This document shows positions 22,380 through 34,059 of a stretch of 64,000 nucleotides of DNA, piece by piece. Location: contig BQFW01000015.1 in assembly GCA_020891255.1 (NCBI GenBank), forward strand, positions 186,001 through 250,000, read 5' to 3'. Position 1 is the stretch's first letter. Every line of letters starts with the position of its first letter. The notes under the pieces are model-generated. The model was not told the DNA's origin, made no database searches, and saw nothing but the letters and a program-made list of their open reading frames with translations. The stretch is from Entomortierella parvispora E1425 (Eukaryota; Fungi; Mortierellomycota). The position numbers were made by a program, and so were the translations under genes.

Positions 22380-24015
22380 CTCCGTTTATCGTTCTACTGT
22401 TGGCGGATGATGTTGATGCTGTTGCTGTGAAGGCAGGGTGCGGCGAAGGTGGAAGAAGTGAAAGAAGAGAGTGAGCAGCAGGAGGAGGGCCGGTAAGTCG
22501 AGAAGATAAAGAAGGGCACCGCCGGACAACAAAAGATCCACGACAAGGAAAGAAAGCCAGGCGCGAGCAGGACGCGCTCCGCCCATTTCAGCCTGGCTCC
22601 CTTTTCCCTCTTGGACCGAGAGCATCTTTCCACGCCGATCAAAAAATCAATATTTCATCCAGAAACAAAAATGTCACATGACTGACTCTTTTTTTTTTTT
22701 CTTTCTTTTTTTTTTTGAATGTGCTTGGACCACCCTTGACCACGAACGCGTGCTGACTCCATGCTGGTCAACGGTCAACAGACAACAGTCCAACTTTCCG
22801 CCCGATTGAAATCATTTTACCATTTTCACTCCTGGTCCCACAAATGTGAATTGTCCAGAGACGTCCCGTATAAATATGAACAAGATGTCCGCAATAAAAA
22901 TTGCCAAGCTTGGGTCCGACTGATGGTGTACATGGTGGACTAGCCAGTGATGACAAAGTCGGACACAGTGCGAGTGGTGCCTGCCTGTAAAGCTACAGCG
23001 AGTTCATGGTGAAAATGGACAGTTGTGGAGTCGGATGATGGGTCATCGACTGCCTGATGATTGCTAGGTCGCCTTGGGGGGTAAGCGGATTGAATAGGCT
23101 TATGTGCGCCAGCAACACAGGACGCCCTTTTGACCCCGGGGCCAAGAAGGGTCCCCTTCCCCCCCGTTTTTTGTCATTCACTTCCCTTTGTTCGCAGCAG
23201 TGGGCTTCTCGCCATCCATTACCTGCTTCACTGTCGTCTTCATTTGTCTCTTGTCCCATGTTCTTGTCTCTTCCTCCATTGGCGATTGGGTCGCCATCTC
23301 TTTTCCCGACGAACAGACCAGGACACGTCCCTGTCACACACAGCGTCGTCCCAGGGTCTTCTGTCTTCTCATTGATTCATTCATTCAGTCCTCTGCATTG
23401 ACCAGCCATGTTATGTTCTCTCTTCTTTCATCCTCCCCCTTGGGCTCTGATGGACTTCGCCCACAAATCGACACACGCCACCAAAATTCATGCACGCCTC
23501 TACTGGTAGGTACGGTCTCCAGCTTCGCTCTCTCACCTTTTGGACCCCCGCCCTGTTTTCGCTCCTCTCTTTCCTTCTCTCTTTACTCCTCTGTATTCCT
23601 GCGTCCCATGTGGAGTCTAATCACTACCCATTCTCTTTTCTTTTCTTTTCTTTTCTCCAAAGTATCCTCGACTTGAGAATCACCTCTGGGGACCATCACG
23701 TAACACAAACTGTTGACTTGTAAGAGTGTTGTCGTGTGAGTCAAAATTGAGTATGGCCATAGTGCTCTGGATTAATGTGCGTCTCTGCGCACTCCTCCTT
23801 CAGCAATACGTTGCCTCCCTCATCCCGTTCACTTGCCTTTACATCTTGGGCTGTACTGATACCCTTGAATCTTCCCCTCTCCAGTTTGTTAGCTCTTTTT
23901 CATCATCGCACGAATCACTCAACATACAAATCATATTTTCATATTTTGCTACGTTCAACCGATTCCGACCACCACAGGTAATGTCTTCGCTTCCTTACAC
24001 GTTTTAATCCTGCCC

Positions 24016-24322
24016 AAACGTCTTGCCAAAGCATTGCCTTCTCGACATGGGCGATTTACAAGTAAAGTTGGGTCGCCCGTGCAGCTGGGGTGTGGCCTGA
24101 TGGTCAACCTTCGTCTGGCCCAGTCAAGTGCATTGCACCCTGGGAATTTCGTTGTTTGATTGAGGCAGGGTCGGCTTAAACATCTTGCCAAAGCATTGCC
24201 TTCTCGACATGGGCGATTTACAAGCAAAGTTGGGTCGCCCGTGCAGCTGGGGTGTGGCCTGATGGTCAATCTTCGTCTGGCCCAGTCAAGTGCATTGCAC
24301 CCTGGGAATTTCGATGTTTGAT
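24016..24322. repeat. Tandem duplication, period 162 bp (24016-24160 vs 24178-24322)
   Basis: 145-bp matching blocks with 4 mismatches; the period is a multiple of 3. Confidence 0.95.
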
Positions 24323-24818
24323 GTAGCTTTCGACAAAGTTAGTATAATGTTCCTCCATGTATATTGAGTCGTTAACTTTTTGGTCCTGAGTTTTTCATAG
24401 AGTCCAGATGGAGATCCCAAAGCACATTAACTGAGCCTTAAACGAAGGCACCGATGGCACCGGTGAGCATGTTTCGGTTAGAGCTTTTGCCGGGAAGTTC
24501 AACTACACGGACAGGCAGTCAGCCGAGGAGGCGTATTTGAGCATCATACGCAGCACGAAACTTGACAGATTTCGCAGACAACGATTGCACACCAACTTTG
24601 CGACATTTGAAGCGAACTCAGCAGAGGCATATTGGACCAAACATCGTTGCATCGATCAAGTGGGCATCATCACCACTAAAGCGGCAATGGACTCTGTGGA
24701 GGCTGGTCATCGGCAGTCCAAGAATTTATACAAAAGCCACTTCGATATGATTGAATGGACTTCCTCAGCCGCACCTTCAAAAGCGAATGGTAGGAGTACG
24801 ATAACTTCATGGTGTTGA
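24016..24818 (+). pseudogene. Decayed ORF of an uncharacterised Mucoromycota family
   Basis: One frame reads through several stops (...SIAFSTWAIYKQSW...EIPKHIN*ALNEG...RQSAEEAYLSIIRSTKLDRFRRQRLHTNFATFEANSAEAYW). One stop (TAA) is CAA in the second tandem copy. Confidence 0.5.
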
Positions 24819-25377
24819 ATGAACCTGGATAGATGCTAATGGCCAACATGTGGGCTTGGGCTTGTATCCTCATTAGTTGTAGAGGGGTCGGCAAGACTGT
24901 GGCTAGTCTTGTCAAACGTTTACAGTTGCTGTATCCAGAGATCTTCGGCCATCAAACGCAAGACGAGAATAATGAGCATGATGAAAATGGATGAATAAAT
25001 GAGGTTTTTTTTAATGTTCAAGTGGGTTAGTGGGTCAAGTGTGGTACAGATGCTCTCGTGACGCGTCCCTGGACTCTGTTCTTGGAGACGCACTGTCACC
25101 ATATCTCTGGTGACCTTTGAGGATTCCCTTGGCGACCAATAGGCGGCACTACCGGGGGGTCTTTTACCCATAGTTCTATCTCGCCATCATGGTCTTCCTT
25201 GCCTCTGTCTGCCCGCCTGAGCCGAAACTGTTGTGCTCTCATGCCGTGGAAACAATTTGCTTCACAAGATGTCTGAAACTGCCCAGCTGGGGTTCGACTG
25301 ATGGTGTACCTGGTGGACTGGCCAGTCAGATGACAGTTTTTTTTATTTTTTTTATGTCAGAGTCATTGGGGAAGAAG

Positions 25378-28300
25378 TCAGAACGAAGCATTTGATGAGG
25401 TAGACGAAATAGCTCCACTCAAGTCGCCCTGCCGAGTTGTAGGAACAACGGTGGCAGCTGTCTGATCTGAGGGTGGAGGACAATACGTCGAAGACGGTGG
25501 AGGGATGTATGTCATATCGAGATATGGAGCAGGTTTGATTGCAGTGTGAAAGGCCGAGAGACGGGATGTCGGAGATGCGAGTGTACGGGTAGATTGCACG
25601 GGTGTAGAGGGCCCATATTTAGGAACGTGCGGGGGTAACGGGATTGATCGAAGCTTGGGCGCCCAGGTGGGATTAGTGAGCGGGTTCGTATGGATGTAAA
25701 TGGACTCGGTGTCATCCTTCCCACTGCTATTATCTCCGCCCTTTTCCTCGTCCTTGGCGGTGGCTGCGCCAATCTGCGGCTCAAAAATACGGGCTTTCTC
25801 GACAGGAGCTTCTTCGGGAGAGTCCAGCAGGATCTGCAAGGGTCTGCCATGCGTGATAGCGTGGAACATGTAGAGTGACGAAGGGTGGACCTTGGTTCGC
25901 TTCAGATTAAGGACCTTCAACGGCGCGTCTAGAGTGTAGCTTGCAGCAAAAATATCGAGCTCAGAAACATTTGATCCGCATAGATCCAATTCCTCCAGAC
26001 ACGTCTTGTCCAGACATTGAAAAAACAGGGTCCAAGATGTGCTCGGCTGGTTGACATCACCAAGATGGATCTTGTTCAACCCTCGTACACCTGCACCCCC
26101 TTGTGTCATTGAGAATATCCAAGAACAGGACACATCGTCCAGAAATTCGTTGTTCAAATTAACCTCGAGCGAGGAAATACGGAGAAGTGAATCCCGATCT
26201 GGCAGAGCAGTGGACATTTTGTGGATCCAGTTTTGAACTTCAGGCCCTCGAAGTATCAGTTCGCGGATGATTGTCTTGTTCCGGTCCAGTATATTTATAA
26301 TCTCCGCGGGAAAAGGTTGATTGCACTCGCAAATGAGGGTAAAGTACGCCAAGGGGTGCGCCAAGGCATGAGATCGATCAATTACTTTTTGCAGGTAGAT
26401 GAGACCCTCAGCTGTAAGGCGCGCTGTCGAGAGTCGCAAGTTTGACAGTCTCGGTCTGGGCATGTATGGAGTCGACATGAACCACTGTATGGCGTCTTTA
26501 TCCGAGAAGGAAATATCCTCCATGTTGAGATGCTCCACGTAAGCTCCTAGATGGAGCATTGTGTCGCCAAGTTCATCTTCACTGTCTAATGGAGTATCCT
26601 CATAGTGGATGGCCCCTGTGCCGTGTACGACTAGTTTTGGAGGGTCATAAGGTAGCGTAACAAACCCCCTGTCTCCATCACAGAGATGGTGCTCCCAATT
26701 GGGTTGATCTGGCGGTTCGTGAAGCTTCAAGAGTTCCCACATCTCTGCAAATTCCTTGATGGGGCAGTGAACGTAGAGCTCCGATTCGGTCAAGTCAGTC
26801 AAAACACGAGACAAAAATCGGTTCCGTTTATCCAATTCTGTTTCTTTGCCTTTGGAAGAAAGGACCGTCAGAGATAATAGCTGCGACCGGGAAATGACAC
26901 GGGCCATGTTTTGAATACCATCCGCGTTGAGTTTCGAGGTGTCCACCCGTATCTTCTTGTATGGCGAAGGAAAAGACCGAGTCCATTGTTCCAACATTGC
27001 AGCTGAGGTGGGTGTAATAGCAGAGGAGAATCCATGAGTTGAAGATAGTATTTCGTGAACACTGAATAGTTCCTCGCTGGCGAAGATGTCTCCTTTGCTG
27101 ACCATCCTGAACTGTGCCAAGAAGACATTGTCAAAGATGATGGTGCTCAGTCCATCAGTCAATCGAAGACTGCGTTCAGATCCATCTGATGACAGAACTC
27201 CTCTAAGATAATCCATATTGCCTGGAATGAATTCAGTTGTGCAATGTAGCGTGAGTTTTCCTCCACCTAGGACCTTCGCCATTTGTACGATCAGATCCAT
27301 AGCATCTCCGCTGTGGTGGACATCCAAGGATTCGAGGCTGCATCGACTGACGACATCCAGAAGGAGATTCCTTGCGTCTCGGCTAAGAACCCTTGGGTCT
27401 AAAGTCAGCCGCTTGAGGGTCGTGTCTTTTGGTTGGATAGCCTTTTCCAGGAAAGAGACAACCGAGTCCGAGATCAGAGTATTTACACCGAGTACACTTG
27501 GCAAGGTCCCAAACATCTCGTAGAACTCCTCCAAGGGTATATTGAGGTTATCGTTGTCCATAAAAACAGATGCTGTCCTGCTATCCTGAATGTTTCCCAG
27601 AGATATCGTGCTCTGGCTGTCGTAAAGACTAAGTTGACCGTTCATGTTGACAGGTATATGGCTGCGGATGAGTTTGTACAAGCGACAAATCTGATCATCT
27701 GGACACTGGACACGCAGCAGTGCATCATTGAGGCTCGATGCCACTTCTCGGATCAACTTCCAGAGCAAGCTCGTTTCCAGGGAAGTTGCTTGATTCAGAG
27801 TGCTGGCACAAAGGGAAAGTTCCTTGAGGGCTGATCTTTGGATAACCATAATAGCGCTATCGATACCCGTGTCGTCCAAGAGGACTATATCCAGCTTCAT
27901 GTTGCTGATGCGCGATTGTTTCCTGGTGTTCGCCTCAAGTTTGGCCAGGATGTCGTTCGTTAGACCGACGTGGTTTCCGCATGAACGCGGAGCGGCTCCA
28001 AGATGAGTGAGGAGGCGTTCAAAGTCAGAAGACTCATCCAATAGGTCAATTTCGGCCGTAGATGGATCCCGAATATCGGTCATGGTCAAGATATTGTCCT
28101 TGCTCCTGTCATGAAAATATGCAGACCGTATCTTCTTCCCTCGCTGAATAATAAATCCACGAACTTCGAAAAATAGATTTGCGTCGACTTGGACGATGAT
28201 CTCCTTCAATCCTTTAGCCTTGAGGAGAAACTGACCAAGGTGGTCGATATCAGACGGGATGTTGATGGCCGTAGCAAGCTTGGTGACAAACGAAAATGCC

Positions 28301-30372
28301 AAAATCTCCTTGGTGCAATCCATGGCTAAAAGTGAAATGTCGGTAAAGTTGTTTCCTCGAATCTCGGCGGTCAAAACCTCGCCAGTTCCCACTCGCGCCT
28401 CCAATATTGAGGTTCCTTTGAACTGATATTTTTCTGGTTTGATGTAGAGTAAAAGTGCCGACGGTAGGTCTGGTGCCTGGATAGTCAGGTGTCGCAAGCG
28501 AGGACTTTTCTTGACGAGAGATGAGATGAGATTAACTTGAGTCCGTCCTTCAATGCCGGTGCCTAGATCAATCTTCCGGAGCTATGATATAGTGTTATAC
28601 AAGGTGTTTAGTGGTCCACATGAACGAGTGGGAGCCATTGTTCAATCAATGTTCAATTCGGGCTGACCCTTTCAGCATACTTGGTTGTTAAGGTTCAGTT
28701 TTTCGACTTGGTTCAGGAACTCGTTGCAATTCCGGATAGAGAAAGATTGGAGACCGTGACCTGCCATGACCTTGTTCAAAATCGAGGATGGAGTACCTCG
28801 AGCTGCAAAGTCACGGAGCCTGGACTGAGTATTGCAGCAGTCGACTGTCAGACTGAGAATCGTTGGTAGAGAGTCCATCACAACTCGAAGTTCCTTGAAA
28901 TCATCCAGGGTCGTGTACCAGTCCAAGGTCAATACCAGCTCATGAATAAACCGCGCCTTGATCAATTGCTGATAAAACTGAGTCGCCATCTGTTTTGAAA
29001 TAAGACGCATCTCAACTTTGCCCTCGTTGGGGTAATATGTTCCGTTGTTGGCGTCGACAAACTCCATAAAGTGCTTCCGGTCAATCGCTTTGTATTCCTC
29101 GCGGTAATGGTCCAGACAAACCCACTTGATGGTTCCATCTGGTCGTGCTAGTCTATAGAGATTGCCGAGCACTTGGGTTTCATCGCGGTTTTTCAAGAAC
29201 GAGGCTAGATGCCGCAAGTCGGCTCCCTCCAAAGCTTCAATCTTTTCGATATCGTAATCCAGAGCATCCATACTGTTTCCTGTTTCGACTTGTTCTCTGG
29301 TTGGTAAATCCTTCAAGAATCCAATAGCCTCGTCCACCTTCTGCCTCAGTTGATCCTTGGCTGCACTTTCGACTTCCTCGATTCCTTTTTCGAGTCCTTT
29401 GCCAATGCCAGCAATATGGGGCACAGCGAAAGAGGCTGCGGCGACTGAGAAACGGAGAAGTTGAAGTAGGGTTAAGATGTAAGAGCCATATTTTTTGAAG
29501 AACTCTGTCGGCCGCTCCAAGTCGTATCCATCGTGCTTGGCAAAATGGATATGGGGTTGTGATCTACCTCCATCTCCTGACGCCGAGAGATCGCATTCGC
29601 ACAGAAAGTAGAGCCGGTACTTGTCGACAAGTGGGTTGAGTCTGTCCTTGAACGAACTGCGACCCGGAAGGATGACGAAGAGGCGTGGGATCGGATACTC
29701 GTGGAGTTCATACGTGAGTCGGAAGATGGCATTGGCTCTGTCGAGAATGAGGGCGAGCCAGTTATGAGTTGTTTTCATCATGTCTACGATTTCTGCATGG
29801 TTCCTGTGTTGAGTGTCGATGACTTCCTCCACCCTATGAGCAATATCAACCAAAAGCTGCCCATTCATGGGCACCTGCACGGTTTGCGTGGTGGATTCCG
29901 CTGCAGTGAGACCGAGAACGTCCTGGTTTGATGGCGTTACAACAAGGGCCATGGAGTCTGCTGCTGAATATTCCACAACAGGACGTTCAAAGGGAACAAC
30001 GTGCAGGACTTTGTTTGGCAGATATTCAATGCGTGGTGGATCAAAGCTATGAGGATGAAAGAATAGAAAGAACTCAGCAATGGTTCTCTTTCAGAAACAA
30101 AAAAAAAAAAAAGAAAAAAAAAAGACATAACCAAAAAGTGCAAGACTTAACTGTTTCCGGCTCTTGTCTTTCAGGTATGGAACAACCTTAATGTCGTCCT
30201 TGATGAAGAAGGTACCGGGGTAGGCAATCTGGATGTCTTGTAGAAAGACCACGTTCTTGCCCGTTTCGGGATCAAACTCGGCCTGAACGGCATTGAGATC
30301 GCCCCCTGCCTGCCATCGGAAGAGCTGTTGAAGGTCCTCAGCGGTATCGCCGTCTTGTGCGACCACTGCCAT
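25378..30372 (-). CDS. Copy B: intact large LRR/RNI-like protein (1596 aa), exons 30372-30152, 30046-28681, 28581-25378
   Basis: Manual splicing gives one open frame (221+1366+3204 nt). It has an N-terminal header, the YELHEYPIPRLF/RLYFLCEC/ALEGADLR/LGNLYRL...KWVCLDHY core, a long repeat region, an LRR-like segment (LEELDLCGSNV, LKVLNLKRTKV) and a Pro/Ser tail. Confidence 0.85.
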
Positions 30373-31030
30373 CACAGAGGGTTCGCTGGGGGGTGGGGCT
30401 GGGAAATGAGAGCGAGAGACGAAGGTGAGGTGGAGTTGAGAGAGGAGAAGAAAGAAAGCGGGCAGGGGATGCGGCGTTGGCTTTTTGATTTTTGGCAAAG
30501 CCAAACGAGCACCAGAGCCCGACTTTGTGCTTCTATTGCTCAGCACGGCAAGCGCAACATGGTCCTCCGTTGGCACGTTCGCTTGTTGACAGGGTCAAAG
30601 GCGCGGTGGGGCGGTGCATTCGCTCCATTGATGCCATCTACCTGCACTTGGTTCATTCATCTCGTCCATTAGCTTTTCGCAAATAGAAGCTGGCTCGACC
30701 TTCATTCCGTCCGAGGATTAGTTGCAGCAGATGTGCATGAGCTTGAATTCGACTGGATGGATTGTATTCTTGTCCTCGTGCAACAAAAGAGGGGGGATAA
30801 GGACGGCAGTGGAGAAAGAGGGCACTCCAGGAAGGCTGAAGGCAAAGGACAAGAAGGCCCTCCCTTCGAGGGAGAAGAAAGACAAAGACGCGCAGTGTGA
30901 CTGGATCTTTTCTTTTGTTGTTCCTGGGGGAATAGAGACACGGGCCAGCATGGACGCGCCCTGCCTTGTGCTCCTCCACGCCGCTTTTTCGTCCCTTCTT
31001 CCCTTCTTCTTTTCCCTCATTCCTCTGCTC

Positions 31031-33298
31031 ATGACCAACTCGTTGGTCGAATCAGCACTCGCGATCTGGCTCATTCAAGATGCCATTGCAGCCACCTTCC
31101 ACTTGAGCGACCTATACAACTGTGCACTCGTCTCCAGGGCCTGGAATAGGATCTTTACCCCGTCCCTCTGGAGGGTAGTCGACTGTCCCAATACCCCGAA
31201 GGTTCCCCAGGATCGGTTCTTGCTAGACCCCGATTCGATCTTGCATCAACCAAAGTTTTGTCGCCTAGTCCGAGAGTTGACAATCATGAACTATGGATAT
31301 CTGCCCTTCTTCCAGCCACTGCCACCAGCATCCGCTTCTCCTCCTCTCTCACCCATCAAGGAAGCCGGCGAAAAATCACCAGACCAACAAGGGTGCCGGC
31401 AATGGATCAATGGACCAGATCCTGCTTTCCCAAACCTTCAAGTTCTTGGATGGTTTCTCCCTTTGCTGGAGACATGGCCCCCAGTTGTCGAATATAATTT
31501 GTTACAGTTCCTGCAAGTTCATCAGGCTTCACTCCACAGTCTGTCGCTGGAGCTTTGGGGTCTGAACGATACCATCTTTGAGAACCTATGTTCTATCCTC
31601 GAGAACATGCCAAGCCTGCAGAGGGTTGCACTCGCCGGGTCCTGGATCCAGACCTCAAAACAGGTACAGCGGTTCTTTTGGGCATGTCGACATCTGAAAT
31701 CCACATGTCTGCCCCAAGAGAGCCATTCAACCGGTTGCATCGACAAGTATGGTAGAAGACGAGGCAGAGGACTAAGCACAAATGCAGCCGTTCGACTTTG
31801 CGTGTACTACAACTACAACAACCAGGAGCCCGAAGGTTTGTTTCCAGAGGAAGAGCCCGTCTGGACCCCAATCTTTGAGCCAACCCAGATTCGGTCTCTG
31901 AATCTGACGCATGAAGTAGAGCGCAAATTTTGGATCTACGTACCCGTGTTCAGAATGTGTCCATTTTTGGAGCGACTAGAACTGGAGGTCGAGGAGCTGG
32001 AAGGGATGACTCTGGTCCTGAGAGAATGCCTTCACTCATCTTGTCCACTGCTAAAGTTTCTCAAGATTACAAGGGAGCGCCAAGCTGAGCAGGCTGACCA
32101 AATTCCGTTGCACTGGTCTCTTGGACTGTTGTGTCCCAGTATTGCTGAGCAAAGAGGGAATGGAAAAACAAGTGCCATGGCGACGTTCAAGCCCAGCTCT
32201 CCAATCTATTGGGACGAGGATGTTGAAGTCAACCGAGATCTTATCTATGGAACGGGAACGACAGCATCCTTGACAACATCTACATCAAACTGGACCCTCA
32301 GCCAGCACATCTGTTCTGGATTTCGATTGAAGTCCTTTCTCTTAGATGGAAAGAGCCCCAGTAGAAACAAGATGGCCCACCCACGGTACGGTCGACCTTG
32401 GAACTATCTTTTGGATCATCACAGACAAACGCTGACAAACCTGGATGTTTCAGCGATAGTGATGCCGTTCCAGGAATTTGTCCACTTGGCCAGTGCAGAT
32501 GTCCAGATGCCTCATCTCCTGTCCCTGAGAGCTTTCATGGTCTTGACGCGTCATGAATGGAAATCCCTGGCAAGTGCAATTTTGGCGGAAGAGCGAGGTG
32601 GGGTCCTCTCTGGTCAACCAGAAGATCAAGATCCACAAGGTCTTTTACGACAAAGTCAGCGTAAAACAAAGCAAGCTCGGAAAGATGCCATACTGGAGAC
32701 TGTGAGGTTCCGACCCTGGACTGCGTGCCGAGGGCTTTTGAACCTGGACATGAAGATCGATCTGCAGGAGCCGAGGAGTAAGATGCAAAACTTGGAGTGG
32801 AACTACAAGACCTGCGACATGGTTCCCGAAAGGGCCGTGCTAGAATATATCGTGCACGAGATCAACCAGGCGGGCTCATTAGAGAAGCTGACCATGAAAT
32901 CTCGTGACATGCCATGGTCTCCAGTTTTAACCCTACCTGTCCCAGCCAGAAGGGCCACCACCACTACCACCACGCCTGCTGCTTCCTTTGCCGAAGGTGT
33001 TCAGATCGAGGACGAGTCTGATAGTGAGGACGACGAGCTCGACATTCTAGGGTACAGAAACCAGGCTAGAGCTGGTGGGTATTTGGATCAGTTTTCGAAC
33101 CTCCGATGGCTAAAAGAGGTGACTTGGCATCAGTACGAGATGACAGATTTGACTGTTCAGGACGCAGAGTGGATATTAGAGCATTGGCCACGCTTGTATC
33201 TTCTAGATGTTTCGCCCGAAATAGGTGCCACTGGAGCCGGCTTTGACCTGCTCGGAAAGAGAAGACCACTGTTGATGCAAAACTCTAATTGGTTTTAA
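31031..33298 (+). CDS. F-box/LRR (RNI-like) protein, single exon
   Basis: F-box-like ALAIWLIQDAIAATFHLSDLYNCALVSRAWNRIFTPSLW after ATG 31031, LRR-like repeats (PFLERLEL, LTNLDV) and the terminal WILEHWPRL motif typical of Mortierella F-box genes. Confidence 0.8.
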   Translation: MTNSLVESALAIWLIQDAIAATFHLSDLYNCALVSRAWNRIFTPSLWRVVDCPNTPKVPQDRFLLDPDSILHQPKFCRLVRELTIMNYGYLPFFQPLPPASASPPLSPIKEAGEKSPDQQGCRQWINGPDPAFPNLQVLGWFLPLLETWPPVVEYNLLQFLQVHQASLHSLSLELWGLNDTIFENLCSILENMPSLQRVALAGSWIQTSKQVQRFFWACRHLKSTCLPQESHSTGCIDKYGRRRGRGLSTNAAVRLCVYYNYNNQEPEGLFPEEEPVWTPIFEPTQIRSLNLTHEVERKFWIYVPVFRMCPFLERLELEVEELEGMTLVLRECLHSSCPLLKFLKITRERQAEQADQIPLHWSLGLLCPSIAEQRGNGKTSAMATFKPSSPIYWDEDVEVNRDLIYGTGTTASLTTSTSNWTLSQHICSGFRLKSFLLDGKSPSRNKMAHPRYGRPWNYLLDHHRQTLTNLDVSAIVMPFQEFVHLASADVQMPHLLSLRAFMVLTRHEWKSLASAILAEERGGVLSGQPEDQDPQGLLRQSQRKTKQARKDAILETVRFRPWTACRGLLNLDMKIDLQEPRSKMQNLEWNYKTCDMVPERAVLEYIVHEINQAGSLEKLTMKSRDMPWSPVLTLPVPARRATTTTTTPAASFAEGVQIEDESDSEDDELDILGYRNQARAGGYLDQFSNLRWLKEVTWHQYEMTDLTVQDAEWILEHWPRLYLLDVSPEIGATGAGFDLLGKRRPLLMQNSNWF

Positions 33299-33577
33299 CG
33301 GCTGGCAGCTCAAAACTAAACCGCGTTGGTGGTCACCAACCCGGTGTCTTGTTGTTTATTCGGTCCCAAGTATGGAAGAGTGGCGACAGAGAACATCGCA
33401 TCGCATCGTAGACATACACTCAGATACTCTCTATTCGTCCTAGCGACATTATGGAAGATATAGGCAATGGTTTGAATCCACAGAAGCAAAGAGCAAAAGC
33501 AGCATTCAGGATCACTTTAACCGACCATGAAACTGAAACAGGAACTTGTGGTTTTATTATGGACAAAGACAGAACAG

Positions 33578-33580
<3 letters not shown>

Positions 33581-33612
<32 letters not shown>
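33581..33612. repeat. A32 homopolymer
   Basis: Direct count; it lies between the F-box gene and the Crypton 3' end. Confidence 0.9.
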
Positions 33613-33616
<4 letters not shown>

Positions 33617-34059
33617 GAGTGCCCGGCTTCACTTTGACAACAAAAATCAGCTTAACTGGCTTACCGTGTTTTCAGTCCCTATCCTCGTTCCTCAGAGGGG
33701 GCACTATAGTCAACTCTAGTGAGTTATCCTATTCCTTGCGATCCAACCCACCAAATTAGCTAAGAGTACACACTAGTCTGCAATGAAGGATACAGCAACC
33801 GCATGACAGTTTAAGGTTGTTCAACGTGCCCCTGCTCGCTTGCATGTTGTTCACACGTCCGCCATACCATGCCCTCGTCCTCATCAAATTACCGGCTTCC
33901 TTCCTCTGTCTCCCACATTCCTAACAACTTCGCGTCTTTCTCTCTCTTTTTTCTCTTTCCATTTTTTGTTCATTTCAGTGGTTCAGCAGCAACCAGCCAG
34001 CTCCATGCCTCCATGCCAAGTTTCCAATTATTATCAATAAACCAACAAAATGAGACTAT

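Noticed and set aside
24016-24322. Tandem repeats (here and at 38549-38940) as CRISPR-like arrays
   Set aside because: Only two long units each with no repeat-spacer structure, in a eukaryotic context with no cas genes.
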